A stretch of 64,000 bases of DNA from Candidatus Dormiibacterota bacterium (GCA_035544955.1 DASZZN010000014.1:196811-260810); one strand, 5' to 3'. Counted from the stretch's first letter, positions 1 to 9,390 are shown. Numbers and translations: made by a program. The notes: generated by a model from the letters alone, not told the origin.

Positions 1-27
1 TTCATCCTTGGGGATCTTGAGGCTGCC

Positions 28-3000
28 ATGCCAACCCACCCTCCGAAGCTTCGGCGCCCAATCAGGGGATACCTTGCGACGCTCACGTGCACGAACGGCT
101 TCGCCCTATGGCTGGCTCCAGCGGGATCCGCTATCACGCTGAAGGCGGTCGGTAATCTCACGCATGCCACCGCGGACCTGGTCTGGGCCGATGGGGAGCG
201 GGTACAAGCGACTGTTGACGGTCAGGCGCAGGAGGTGTCAGTTCAGGCGGAGGGGGCCGGCTGGCGGTTCGGGAACCTTACCGTGCGCCGCGGGCGCACA
301 TCGGACTCGGCCTTGCTTGCTATCTATTTCGCAGAGGGCAGCTGGTTTCCGGTCGAGGCCGGAACGGTCATTGACATCGACAATCAAGCGTTCCTCGTCG
401 AAGCGGACGCCGAGGCCTACCTGGTGAGCCCAGCACGGAACCTCGGCCGCGTTGAGATTGATACATCAGGGGATCCGACCGACGAGCGCATCTTCAAGAC
501 GATTGAGCGCAACCAGGAGCAGCATGACCTGCCCATCTACCTGCAAGGCCAAGGAGACCAGATCCCTGGCCCGGAAGGCCCGGACGAGCCTCCCGATGAG
601 AAGCCTGATGAGCCAATCGACGAGATCAGTCCGGTCCACGCCATGGTCCTGGGCGAATCGGCCGACATCAGGCTGTCGGAGCGCGGGGACGTCGATGAGC
701 TAGAGATGACCGTTGGAGGTCGCCCTTACCGGCTTGCGCCGCAGCAAGTGGGGAGCCTGAACGGCCTTTCGCTGGAGCGCGAGATCCTCGCATCACCGGC
801 TGCGTGGGCGTTCACCGCCGTGAGCGGAGATTCCGGTGGGATCCGGCCGGACGCGTCACTCGAACGAGTCTCGATGGTCGGCGTACCCCAGCGGGAGCTT
901 AATGATTTCCAGCGGTCGCGCAGCGAACTGTTCGCGGCACTGGCGCCGTTTGGCTCGGCTTATGCGGTGATCGACGAGGCGGTGCGTCCTAAGGCTTTTG
1001 CATACGTTCGCGCCTACAAGAAGCTGGTTGAGGCCCTTCCGAAGGCAGGCCGTTACCAGCCGGAATACGACCGGATCCTCCTTATCGACACAGTCTTTTT
1101 AACTGGCGCCGGGGATCGGTACATCGCGCCGACCAACCCGCTAACGATCGCCTTCTATCTGAGCTTCTGGGGAGCTGCGGCAGATTGGTGTGTCGCTGGG
1201 AGCCGCCCATCCGATGCAGATCTGCGGACGATCAGCCCTCGGCATCTTCTGCCGCTCCTCAATGCCGGCGCCATCTGGCATGAAGCAGTCAATTGCGACG
1301 CGTTCCTGTGGCGGCGTTACCAGCCGTTGGTAACGAGCATCCCAGCGATGGACTATGACGATCGCTTCATTGCCCGGAAGCTCGATTTCTTCCTTGATGT
1401 GCACCCGGCCTACAGTGATCCAGACCAGTCGCTGAGCATCTCGCTGTATGAGCCCGGAGATGGCGTGGCAGTAGTGCGAGCTCTCGAAAGGTTCTACTGG
1501 CCCGACTTGACTGCGGAACAGTACGCCAGGCCCAGGCTGCAGCTGAACCTGCTATCCAGAGGGGCGGCCCTGCCGGAGGCGATCGCCCGGCTACTTGGCG
1601 GATCAGGTACCCGCCCAATCGACCATCTTGTCCGATCCCGGGTGACAGTTTCCTCACACGACGCACTGCCGGAACAGGGGTTCGCCAACCTTCCGTTCAG
1701 CCACATTACGTTCGTTCATCGCACAGCAACCGAGCGTCGGCCGGGTCCCGTCAGTCTGGACGAGCGTGCATCGACTTTATTTGTTGCTGGCTTGTGCCCG
1801 GCCTCCCGCCGCGCGTCAACCCGCACACCCAACGGCTGGGAGTTTTACTGGGGAACCTTCGGCGGTGCACTTGTCGGAAGCTTGAACGGGGCAGATGCTG
1901 CCTCCGATCTACAGGCAATCGAACGGCGTTGCCTTGAACTGGTTGGTGGCCAGAACCAGGAGATGCTCCATCAGGGCGAGACCAGGATGCTGGCAACGCG
2001 CGTCAGCTCTAATTTCATGCGGGACGTGTACGCCCGATCCATCTGGGTCGTCCATATGGAACGCCTGATTGGTCTCGAGCTGTTCGAGCCGCAGCCTGGA
2101 TCTCATCAGCGCTATCTCATCCAGTACGAGGAGAGCTTTGCAGGCCTGCCTGGTCTCGACGGGATCACAGCTACGGAGCACGTAGACCCTTATCACAAAG
2201 CGCTGAAGGAGGCGCTCCGCTCGATCGAGATATCGCGGCAGGGGCTCGATCGCCTCTTGAACTTGCTTAATGCCGTCGCCGGTGGATGGGCTCTCGAGCT
2301 CCTACACAGCGGAACGGAGGACGTCCTGGCCATGGTGGGCGTTGTAGCCGCCATAGCGGCCTTGCAGGATCTCGATAATAGCTTCGATCGGAAGGAAGGG
2401 CTTGGTGTCCTTCTCTCCGTTCGCGAGATGCTGGAAGTCCTGCCGGCAACCGTGCGGCCGCCCGATCGATCTGCGTCCGACGATCTCGTCTTCGTCTGGA
2501 TTCCCTTCAACCAGCGAGAGGCTGTTTCCCTAACGGCACGGCTGGTTGAGGTGAAATTCTCAACCCTAGGCCGGCCCGAATTCGCTCTGGCCCGCCAGCA
2601 GCTTGAAAACACGAAGCACTGGCTGGAAGCAACATTCAACTCTCCCGGGCCGGAGCACCTATTTCGAGCCCGAGATATGTCCGAATTCATCCGCGCCGCG
2701 GCAGCCCGCAACCGAACGTTTGGCCTGGGCCCCGCTCCGGATCGTGCCCCGTTTGAGGCCGCACTCGCACTGATTGCGGCGGGTAGCTTTCGAGTCGACG
2801 CGCGGTTCTGGGTCGAGGGGCGCGAACTAGCAAGTGACGTAGTCTCCATCGAGCTAGAAAGTGATTCCGATGCCGTGCGAACCGATCTGCCCGGTGCTGG
2901 TGAGGCGTGCGGCCTGATCCGGCTCGGCAGGCAATGCATAGAGGATCTCGCGGATGGGCGCAGGCTATCGTCAAGCCAGCCCTGGAGCGCACCAGCCTTC

Positions 3001-4209
3001 GCCCAGCCCGGGAAGCCACAAACCTCCAACGAAGCCTCGCCAGCTGCATCCACATCCGCTGGCGCTGGCCAGCCTGGCAGGACTGCCACACCCTCGGTTC
3101 AGCCAGAAGTAGAGGCGGAGGTACGCCGCCTTGCCCGGGAGCTTGATGCCGCCGTCATCAAGTACGATCTCGAGCTCGAGCCGTTCCGTCCGCAACTCGC
3201 CCAGGTGGGGCCCTCGGTAATTAGGTTCAGATCCAAGCCTCTTGGGAAGCAGGCGCTCGAAGGCATTGCGCGCCGGGCCGCTGATCTCGGTAGGGAGGTT
3301 GGCGTGCCGGAGGGCGTGTTAATTGGTCAGGAGCCTTACTACGTGACGGTGGACGTTCCCCGCAGAGAGAGGCAGGTTGTTTACTTCTCCGATCATGTCG
3401 AGAAGCTTTCGGTGGCCCGGCTACCGGGAGCCCTCAGCTTTCTTTTGGGAATCGCGCCGTCCGGCGACGTTGCTGTCGAGGACATCGCTCGTCTGCCGCA
3501 TCTGCTGATCGCCGGCGCGACCGGATCAGGAAAGAGCATCCTTCTCCGGTCTATTCTCTGTTCGCTCCTCCTAGTGCATCCTCCGGATGAGCTGCGTATC
3601 TTCCTCGTCGACCCAAAGCAGATCGACTTCATGCCATTTGAGGATGTGCCTCACCTCGTCAACGGGCGGATCATTACAGATCCCGTTCAAGCTGTTGCGG
3701 ACCTCCAGGAAAACATTGAGGTCGAGCTCTCGCGGCGGCGGCCCATTCTCAAGCGGGCAGGCGTTACAAATGCTCTCGATTTCTATGAGGCGGGCGGAAC
3801 GCGGAAGCAGATGCCGCAGATGGTGATCATGGTTGATGAGTTTGCTGACCTGGCGTCTACGCTCGATCGCACGGGCCGGGCGGCTTTCATGTCGATCATC
3901 CAGCGGTACGGGCAGCTAACTCGTGCATTTGGAATCTACCTGGTCCTGGCCACGCAGCGGCCGAGCGTTCAGGTCATCACAGGCGACATCAAAGCGAATC
4001 TCACAGCACGCGTCGCGCTCAAGCTGCTAGCGCCTCAGGACTCCGTGACCATCCTCGGCCATGGGGGCGCTGAGTCACTGCGAGACAAGGGCGACCTCAT
4101 CTTCGAACATGCTGGTCGGCGGGACCGGCTTCAAGGATTTCTCGTGCGGCCGCAGGACGTTGCTTCCGCGGTCAACCGCTGGAGGCGCGACGGCGGGTCG
4201 GCGCTGTAG
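28..4209 (+). CDS. Giant (1393 aa) FtsK/SpoIIIE-family P-loop ATPase; ~1050-aa N-terminal region of unknown function, C-terminal FtsK-like motor domain
   Basis: Long ORF with GAGG ~6 nt upstream of the ATG at 28. The C-terminal ~310 aa carry Walker A (LLIAGATGSGKS), Walker B (MVIMVDEFADL) and an LATQRPS motif typical of FtsK/SpoIIIE/TraB translocases. The N-terminal region has an acidic low-complexity stretch (PEGPDEPPDEKPDEPIDE), no predicted TM segments and no motif I recognise. Confidence 0.8.
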   Translation: MPTHPPKLRRPIRGYLATLTCTNGFALWLAPAGSAITLKAVGNLTHATADLVWADGERVQATVDGQAQEVSVQAEGAGWRFGNLTVRRGRTSDSALLAIYFAEGSWFPVEAGTVIDIDNQAFLVEADAEAYLVSPARNLGRVEIDTSGDPTDERIFKTIERNQEQHDLPIYLQGQGDQIPGPEGPDEPPDEKPDEPIDEISPVHAMVLGESADIRLSERGDVDELEMTVGGRPYRLAPQQVGSLNGLSLEREILASPAAWAFTAVSGDSGGIRPDASLERVSMVGVPQRELNDFQRSRSELFAALAPFGSAYAVIDEAVRPKAFAYVRAYKKLVEALPKAGRYQPEYDRILLIDTVFLTGAGDRYIAPTNPLTIAFYLSFWGAAADWCVAGSRPSDADLRTISPRHLLPLLNAGAIWHEAVNCDAFLWRRYQPLVTSIPAMDYDDRFIARKLDFFLDVHPAYSDPDQSLSISLYEPGDGVAVVRALERFYWPDLTAEQYARPRLQLNLLSRGAALPEAIARLLGGSGTRPIDHLVRSRVTVSSHDALPEQGFANLPFSHITFVHRTATERRPGPVSLDERASTLFVAGLCPASRRASTRTPNGWEFYWGTFGGALVGSLNGADAASDLQAIERRCLELVGGQNQEMLHQGETRMLATRVSSNFMRDVYARSIWVVHMERLIGLELFEPQPGSHQRYLIQYEESFAGLPGLDGITATEHVDPYHKALKEALRSIEISRQGLDRLLNLLNAVAGGWALELLHSGTEDVLAMVGVVAAIAALQDLDNSFDRKEGLGVLLSVREMLEVLPATVRPPDRSASDDLVFVWIPFNQREAVSLTARLVEVKFSTLGRPEFALARQQLENTKHWLEATFNSPGPEHLFRARDMSEFIRAAAARNRTFGLGPAPDRAPFEAALALIAAGSFRVDARFWVEGRELASDVVSIELESDSDAVRTDLPGAGEACGLIRLGRQCIEDLADGRRLSSSQPWSAPAFAQPGKPQTSNEASPAASTSAGAGQPGRTATPSVQPEVEAEVRRLARELDAAVIKYDLELEPFRPQLAQVGPSVIRFRSKPLGKQALEGIARRAADLGREVGVPEGVLIGQEPYYVTVDVPRRERQVVYFSDHVEKLSVARLPGALSFLLGIAPSGDVAVEDIARLPHLLIAGATGSGKSILLRSILCSLLLVHPPDELRIFLVDPKQIDFMPFEDVPHLVNGRIITDPVQAVADLQENIEVELSRRRPILKRAGVTNALDFYEAGGTRKQMPQMVIMVDEFADLASTLDRTGRAAFMSIIQRYGQLTRAFGIYLVLATQRPSVQVITGDIKANLTARVALKLLAPQDSVTILGHGGAESLRDKGDLIFEHAGRRDRLQGFLVRPQDVASAVNRWRRDGGSAL

Positions 4210-5958
4210 CTTTGGATGATCGTCGCTCGGCGCTAGCAAGCCGTCTTCCTCCATCAGGCCACGGATATGAGCGGCGATTCTTCGCGCAAGGGCGGGAGGT
4301 ACTGCGTTAGCGACCTGAAGCGGCTGCGTTGAGCGCGGCCCGCAGAAGACATAGGTATCCGGGAAACCCTGGATGCGGGCGGCTTCACGGACGGAGATAG
4401 TGCGGTTGAGAACCGGGTGCACAGGAAACGCACGGTGTCCCGCAATCAGCGTCGGGGCGAGGTCAGTCCCCAGGCGACGGTACGAGATCGGACCCTTACC
4501 CGATCCCTTGATACGCGCGATTTTGGCGACGACGGCAGCGCTGTGCGCCATCGTGGAGGCATTAAGAAGGACAGTCCCATTGTCCTGGTGGGCGTATTCC
4601 GCAATCGTTCCCGATGGAAGCCAGGGCAGATCCTCGAGCGCCCTCATCAGCCGGCCCTCCACCGGTTGCACTACGGGCGCTGGAGGCGCTGGCGGAGGAG
4701 CGTCCTTAATATTGCGGCGACGACCGAGGAAAATAAACCGCTTCCTTACTTGAGCGACCCCGAAGTCTGCGGCATTCAGCAGATATTCCCCGGCTGCATA
4801 ATGACTTCTTCCAAGGGAAACCCTCACGCCGTGGAGGAAGCTGAAGCCTTGGACATTCTTCAGACCTGGCACGTTTTCGATGACGATATAGGCCGCATTC
4901 AGCTCCCGAGCGAGCCGAGATACATGCTTGAACAAGACGTTCTTGGGGTCGTTCGCTTGACGGGCGCCCGCGGCTGAATAGCCCTGGCATGGCGGCCCCG
5001 CAAGAAGGACAGCAGGTTCGCCAACGCCCGGTACGAGCCGCCTGACATCGAAAGCTTTAAGCCGCGTCACATCCGCCTCGACAACGGGCACGCCAGGGTG
5101 ATTGGCGCGGTACGTCTGGGCAGCATTGCGGTCCAGCTCAACCGCAAGAGCGATTTGGAAGCCTTCCTGGCGGCAACCAGTCCCAAAGCCACCTGCACCA
5201 GCGAAGAGCTCGACAGCGACCGGATGACGGTCATCCCGGCTTAGTACGCGCCCGGTCCGGCAGAACGAGACCAGCACACACCTATCGCACTTCGGCCTCT
5301 GGCTCGTACATATGGCTCGTCCGTGGTGGACCAGATTCATGTGGAGGCGTTTGCGTATGGCGGGCGTGATCGCGCTCTCGAGCGGGTCGTGGTCCGCCTT
5401 GCGGTTTCCGGTTGTCAATATGCCCAGCCGCTCGACGATTCTGTGCACGTGAGTGTCTACCGCGAACCGCTTTCGGTCGAGCGAATAGGATTGTATGCAG
5501 CGAGCGCTCTTGGGACCGATTCCTGGAAGCGCGTCTAGAAATCTTTCGGCAGCAGCGTCGGACATTGTTCGCAGGTGATCGAGCGTTAGATCTCTTGGTG
5601 GGCTTGCGTATGGCCCTATCTTGCGAGCTTCGTTGTCCGCGCGAACCGCCTCGAGGATCCCGACCAGCTCCCGGGTTCTCGCCCGGTGGAAACCGCCGGG
5701 ACGAAGAAGTTCCCTGAGGTCGGTCGGCCTAGCCGAAAGGACATCCATCCATCTCGGGTAGCGGGCGCGGAGCTTTCTGAACAGCTTCTGATAACAGTCT
5801 TCGCGTGTTTGCCGGCTAAGCAAAATGTAGACCGTCTCGGCAAGCGGGTCTGTGAGATTGCCCAGATCAGCTGACCTGTATGTCACCTCGAGAAGCTCGT
5901 CGATGCGTTCAAGCGTTTGGGCCTGGGTTAGCTCTACCATCGGGCTCTTCCGCCTCAT
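4075..5958 (-). CDS. Fusion protein: N-terminal HhH-GPD (endonuclease III/Mig-like, [4Fe-4S]) DNA glycosylase + C-terminal DNA (cytosine-5) methyltransferase
   Basis: HhH motif LPGIGPKSARCI, catalytic Asp in FAVDTHVHRIV, and a C-x6-C-x2-C-x5-C cluster loop (CTSQRPKCDRCVLVSFC). C5-MTase motifs follow: I (FAGAGGFG), IV (GPPCQGYS), VI (IENVPGL) and X (QVANAVPP). The ORF runs to 6030, but the ATG at 5958 overlaps the upstream gene's TGA (ATGA), so I take the start as 5958. Confidence 0.85.
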   Translation of the reverse strand: MRRKSPMVELTQAQTLERIDELLEVTYRSADLGNLTDPLAETVYILLSRQTREDCYQKLFRKLRARYPRWMDVLSARPTDLRELLRPGGFHRARTRELVGILEAVRADNEARKIGPYASPPRDLTLDHLRTMSDAAAERFLDALPGIGPKSARCIQSYSLDRKRFAVDTHVHRIVERLGILTTGNRKADHDPLESAITPAIRKRLHMNLVHHGRAICTSQRPKCDRCVLVSFCRTGRVLSRDDRHPVAVELFAGAGGFGTGCRQEGFQIALAVELDRNAAQTYRANHPGVPVVEADVTRLKAFDVRRLVPGVGEPAVLLAGPPCQGYSAAGARQANDPKNVLFKHVSRLARELNAAYIVIENVPGLKNVQGFSFLHGVRVSLGRSHYAAGEYLLNAADFGVAQVRKRFIFLGRRRNIKDAPPPAPPAPVVQPVEGRLMRALEDLPWLPSGTIAEYAHQDNGTVLLNASTMAHSAAVVAKIARIKGSGKGPISYRRLGTDLAPTLIAGHRAFPVHPVLNRTISVREAARIQGFPDTYVFCGPRSTQPLQVANAVPPALARRIAAHIRGLMEEDGLLAPSDDHPKLQRRPAVAPPAVDRGSNVLRPHEKSLKPVPPTSMFEDEVALVSQ

Positions 5959-6155
5959 CCCTGCGACCCCGGGTGCGGCGACCTTAGGCGCGCCCACGTG
6001 AGAACATCGGCCTTTCGATAGCGGTAGCACCCGCCAACCTTAGTAAAGGGAAGGCCGCTCGCCTTTCTGAGACGCCACAAGGTGGTGCGGGACGCCTTCA
6101 GGAACTTCCGGAGCTCAGCGTCGGTCAAGAGCTCGTCCGATTCTAGATCACGCAT
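5955..6155 (-). CDS. AlpA/Xis-like small HTH DNA-binding protein (prophage regulatory/excisionase family)
   Basis: 66-aa protein with LLTDAELRKFLKASRTTLWRLRKASGLPFTKVGGCYRYRKADVLTW, matching the AlpA-type HTH. Its stop overlaps the MTase start codon (ATGA). Confidence 0.7.
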   Translation of the reverse strand: MRDLESDELLTDAELRKFLKASRTTLWRLRKASGLPFTKVGGCYRYRKADVLTWARLRSPHPGSQG

Positions 6156-6225
6156 GGATGCTGAAACATTCTGAAACGTCCCGCGGCAGCATAGCAGGTT
6201 CGCCGAACATACGTTCGCCCAACCG

Positions 6226-7371
6226 CTACATAAGGAATTCCGTCATGAGGCGGGCTGCTTCGCGCTGCATGTCTGGTGTGACGTGCGAGTAGACATCGAG
6301 GGTGATAGCAACGGTGGCATGGCCGAGCATCTCGGCGACGATCTTCGGGTGTATGCCGCGGCTGAGCATTAGCGTTGCGGCCGTGTGCCGAAGATCATGG
6401 AACCGGATCGTCGGCAACCCAGCCTTTCTAAGGAGCGGACGGAAGGCACGTCGCACGACCCACTCTGCCGACAGCGGTCGGCCGAGCTCATCACAGAAGA
6501 CGAGCGTCGTGTCCACCCAGGCCGGGCCGGCTTGCAGGTTTTCCGCAGCCTGAGCCGTTCGGTGTCGGCGAAGAGCCGCAACGGCTTGGTCGGTGAGCGC
6601 GATCTGGCGGCGCGAACGCGCGGTCTTGGGCTCGGTAATAGCGGGTCCGTTTGGCCCTGGCGCCAGCGTTGCCGTCACCCTCGCGGCCGCACGGTCGAGG
6701 TCGAGCTCTGGCCATCTGAGAGCGAGGAGCTCGCCTTGCCGCATGCCCGTAGTCGCGGCCAGGACCCATAGCGCTTCGAGGCGCTCGCCGACGGCAGCCT
6801 CGAAGAGGGCGGCAACGTTTTCGCCGGAAAGAGTCCGCATTTGCGGGCAGGCCATCTTTGGCGGGCGGACTAGACCGGCCGCGTTCCGCGGCACCAAACC
6901 CCAGCGGACCGCGTCCTCAAGTGCCCGATGCAGCACGGCCTGCGCGTGATGAACGGAGGTCGGGCTTGCGCCTCCAGTGAGCATCCGTTCCTGCATCGTC
7001 CGAATATGAAGCGGACCCAGGCGGACGAGCGGGATTCTGCCGATGGCGGGCACGATATGGACTCGGAGGTACTTCTCGTACCGGATCCACGTCGAGAACC
7101 GCAGGTGCGGACGCATGCCAGGCAGCCAGTTCCGCAGGAAACTGCCAGCCGTTTCACGCGTTGGTCGTTGGTGGAGGCCGTCTTCGCGGGCCTTGAGGCC
7201 GGCCATCAGGCGGCGGTGAACCTCAGGCCGCGACTTGCTCACGAAACGATGGCGGTGGCCATCGACCGTGTAGGCAATTTCCCAACGACCGTCCTTGCGC
7301 TCATAGAGGGTACCGTCGCCATTGGCGCCCTTCCTTTTCCGAGTGGTCTTTCGCGAACGTGTATCAATCAT
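6226..7371 (-). CDS. int: Tyrosine site-specific recombinase (phage-type integrase)
   Basis: C-terminal catalytic signature IRFHDLRHTAATLMLSRG...LGHATVAITLDVYSHV (R/HxxR/Y box), an N-terminal SAM-like DNA-binding region, 381 aa. Confidence 0.9.
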   Translation of the reverse strand: MIDTRSRKTTRKRKGANGDGTLYERKDGRWEIAYTVDGHRHRFVSKSRPEVHRRLMAGLKAREDGLHQRPTRETAGSFLRNWLPGMRPHLRFSTWIRYEKYLRVHIVPAIGRIPLVRLGPLHIRTMQERMLTGGASPTSVHHAQAVLHRALEDAVRWGLVPRNAAGLVRPPKMACPQMRTLSGENVAALFEAAVGERLEALWVLAATTGMRQGELLALRWPELDLDRAAARVTATLAPGPNGPAITEPKTARSRRQIALTDQAVAALRRHRTAQAAENLQAGPAWVDTTLVFCDELGRPLSAEWVVRRAFRPLLRKAGLPTIRFHDLRHTAATLMLSRGIHPKIVAEMLGHATVAITLDVYSHVTPDMQREAARLMTEFLM

Positions 7372-7434
7372 CGAAATCAGCTCCCATTGCTCGAGTCAAA
7401 CAGTGTCGACATGGTACCGTCGACGCGCGCATTG

Positions 7435-7749
7435 TCAAGGGCGTTTCTTAGGCGTGTCCCAGGAGTCGTGCGCGATGCGGCGAGATTTATGTCGGCTGAG
7501 TCTCGACAGGCTTTCATCTGCGCCTTCAAGGTGCTGCCAGATCCAGTCCTGCAACGCCTCTCGTGGGACACGAACCGATCGACCGATCCGAACCACGGGC
7601 AGCTCGCCGGTTCTTACCAGGGCGCACACCTTGGTCCGACCAAGCCCAAGCGTCGTCGCCACCTCGGTGATTCGTAATAGCAGCGGTTCCATCTTCTCGA
7701 CGTCGCTCGCTACCGACAGGTCCTCAGCCGAAGGCGTTTGGTCCCTCAT
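7435..7749 (-). CDS. xis: Excisionase-family/MerR-like HTH DNA-binding protein
   Basis: 104 aa with LLRITEVATTLGLGRTKVCALVRTGELPVVRIGRSVRVPREALQDWI (excisionase-type HTH). It sits immediately upstream of int on the same strand. Its start overlaps the stop of the upstream ORF by 4 nt. Confidence 0.7.
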   Translation of the reverse strand: MRDQTPSAEDLSVASDVEKMEPLLLRITEVATTLGLGRTKVCALVRTGELPVVRIGRSVRVPREALQDWIWQHLEGADESLSRLSRHKSRRIAHDSWDTPKKRP

Positions 7750-8102
7750 TGCTTCGACGCTTCAGCCCACAGGGGAAGGGAGACGAAGCCAATCCGGTCA
7801 AGGGATCGGATGAAGGTCTGGTCCGAGGCAACGTTGATGGTGGCGCCATCGCGGTCAGCGATCGAGAGCGCGTCCCCGCTGGCGCCGGCGAGGAGCTTGA
7901 CATCGTCCGCGAGGCGAAGGCGGGTGATCAGCCGGTCTTCCGCACTTCCTTGCTCGTGGCCCGGATCATCCAGGAGAGCCGCAACGAGGCCGCGGAAGCT
8001 GTCCGCCTCGCAACCCCGGAGGAAAACGCCGTCTCCGACCGGATGGAAGAGCATGCGAAGCGGCAGCTCTTGCTGGTCGGCCGGATGGATGGGCCGGTAC
8101 AT
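7746..8102 (-). CDS. Hypothetical 118-aa protein, distal gene of the ligase operon
   Basis: ORF begins 2 nt after the amidoligase stop and overlaps the xis start by 4 nt. No recognisable motif. Confidence 0.35.
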   Translation of the reverse strand: MYRPIHPADQQELPLRMLFHPVGDGVFLRGCEADSFRGLVAALLDDPGHEQGSAEDRLITRLRLADDVKLLAGASGDALSIADRDGATINVASDQTFIRSLDRIGFVSLPLWAEASKQ

Positions 8103-8103
8103 G

Positions 8104-9390
8104 TCAGGCGGCTGCCCCTCGGCGCGTCCGTTGCCAGGCTGACCGCTGGTAGACCCAATAGAGCTTTAACTTGTCCTGCGGCCGGACGAAGATCAGGTCG
8201 GCAAAGCGGCGCAGCAAGCGATCGCCGTCGTCGGGATCGCGTGGGCTGCGGTGACTCCCGAGCGTATGTCGCTCCGGCGGGATGGCCGCGTCGGGCAGCT
8301 CGGCTGCGCGCTTGGTCACCCAGCAGGCCAGCTTGATGTTGGCCTGCAGGCGAACGGGGTCGAGGCTCGAGTCAAAGTACCGATACTCGATCGTCCGATT
8401 GCGGTCCAGGATGTTGCCGAAGTTCAAGCCAACCGAATGGCTGCTACCGACTCGGTTGGCAAGATCGCTGAGGCCCTGGACCTCTTCGAACTGGCCGGAG
8501 CCCATGGGACCACACCAGCGGTAGCCATTGGTACTGCCGCGGTGGCTGCGTCCCCGCTGACCCGTCGCGGCAGCTAGACGGTACATGAGATCCTCCGCCC
8601 AGGCGCACACCTTCGCGACGCGTCGGAATTTGTTCACGTCGTGGTCCATGCCGGCGGAGTCGACCCCCACGTGGACATGCCCACCGGTTCGGCCGGTCGC
8701 TCTCGCTCCGTGCGCTTGCAGGATCTGGCAGACGCGTTCCAGCTGGGCCCACGCCTCGGGGGTGTCCTGGAGGACCGGGCTTACGACCTCGCCCGAAACG
8801 GTGGCGTCGTGCTCAAGCGTCCATTTGCCGGCTACGCGGCTGCTCGAGTGGTATGGCTCCTGGCGAGCGCTCGACGTGAGCCCCGCTTCGTGCAGTGCCC
8901 GAGCGACGGCATTGGGGTCGGCACCGTCGAACTCGATCTCGATACCGAAGGTCTGGTTGGGGTCGCCGATGACGTTCTCGCGCTCATAGCTGGCTGCTTG
9001 TCCGGTCATGGCCAGCCGTTTGAGCTCTCGATGCAGGGCCTCATTGGCCACCAGCGATCGCTCGCCTTCGGGCACCTCCTGTCCCTGAATCCGGAGGAAT
9101 TCGTCCCAGAGCCGCTGGGCCTGCTGCTGCTCTCGGTCCGTGCGCTCCCGCTGCTCCTGATATCTGGCAACCGCTCGGCTGTAGAGCTCGGCCCACTCGG
9201 GCGTGCCGACTGGCGGGTCATCGTCAACGATCGGGGTGGAGGCGACGACCGCCACCGCTGCTCCAAGAACCTCTGGGGCCTGGGCGATAGCGAGAGCGGG
9301 ACCGCCCCGGCCGGATGCTTGGACGGAGACGGCACCATCAGCGACGGCAATCGTGCCGTGCGACGCTCGACTTCCACCCTTGCTCGGCAT
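8104..9390 (-). CDS. Amidoligase (Amidoligase_2 / GCS2-like carboxylate-amine ligase family)
   Basis: Motifs TFGIEIEFDG, TLEHDATVSGEVVSPVL and TGGHVHVGVD match the glutamine-synthetase-like amidoligase/YbdK signature (GxExE ... EivSP ... HvHvg). The start codon directly abuts the stop of the ATP-grasp gene (9391). N-terminal peptide MPSKGGSRAS. Confidence 0.65.
   Translation of the reverse strand: MPSKGGSRASHGTIAVADGAVSVQASGRGGPALAIAQAPEVLGAAVAVVASTPIVDDDPPVGTPEWAELYSRAVARYQEQRERTDREQQQAQRLWDEFLRIQGQEVPEGERSLVANEALHRELKRLAMTGQAASYERENVIGDPNQTFGIEIEFDGADPNAVARALHEAGLTSSARQEPYHSSSRVAGKWTLEHDATVSGEVVSPVLQDTPEAWAQLERVCQILQAHGARATGRTGGHVHVGVDSAGMDHDVNKFRRVAKVCAWAEDLMYRLAAATGQRGRSHRGSTNGYRWCGPMGSGQFEEVQGLSDLANRVGSSHSVGLNFGNILDRNRTIEYRYFDSSLDPVRLQANIKLACWVTKRAAELPDAAIPPERHTLGSHRSPRDPDDGDRLLRRFADLIFVRPQDKLKLYWVYQRSAWQRTRRGAAA

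Larger units (their letters stand above)
5955..7749 (-). mobile_element. Integration module: excisionase-like HTH + tyrosine integrase (+ AlpA-like regulator)
   Basis: Adjacent co-directional xis-like and int genes in the classical xis-int order. No flanking tRNA or att repeats could be identified by eye. Confidence 0.55.

Noticed and set aside
2193-3089. 298-aa minus-strand ORF, plus 2687..3091, antisense to the FtsK-like gene
   Set aside because: Arg/Ser/Ala-rich low-complexity translation, typical of the antisense frame of a GC-rich gene. It lies fully inside a strongly supported CDS.
6928-7677. 249-aa plus-strand ORF, with 7322..7813, overlapping int and xis
   Set aside because: Antisense to two genes with clear catalytic and HTH signatures. 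No motif. Composition is biased.
6156-8103. Search for a tRNA gene or att core next to the integrase
   Set aside because: No cloverleaf-compatible segment and no obvious direct repeat were found by eye. A flanking tRNA cannot be excluded without a proper scan.
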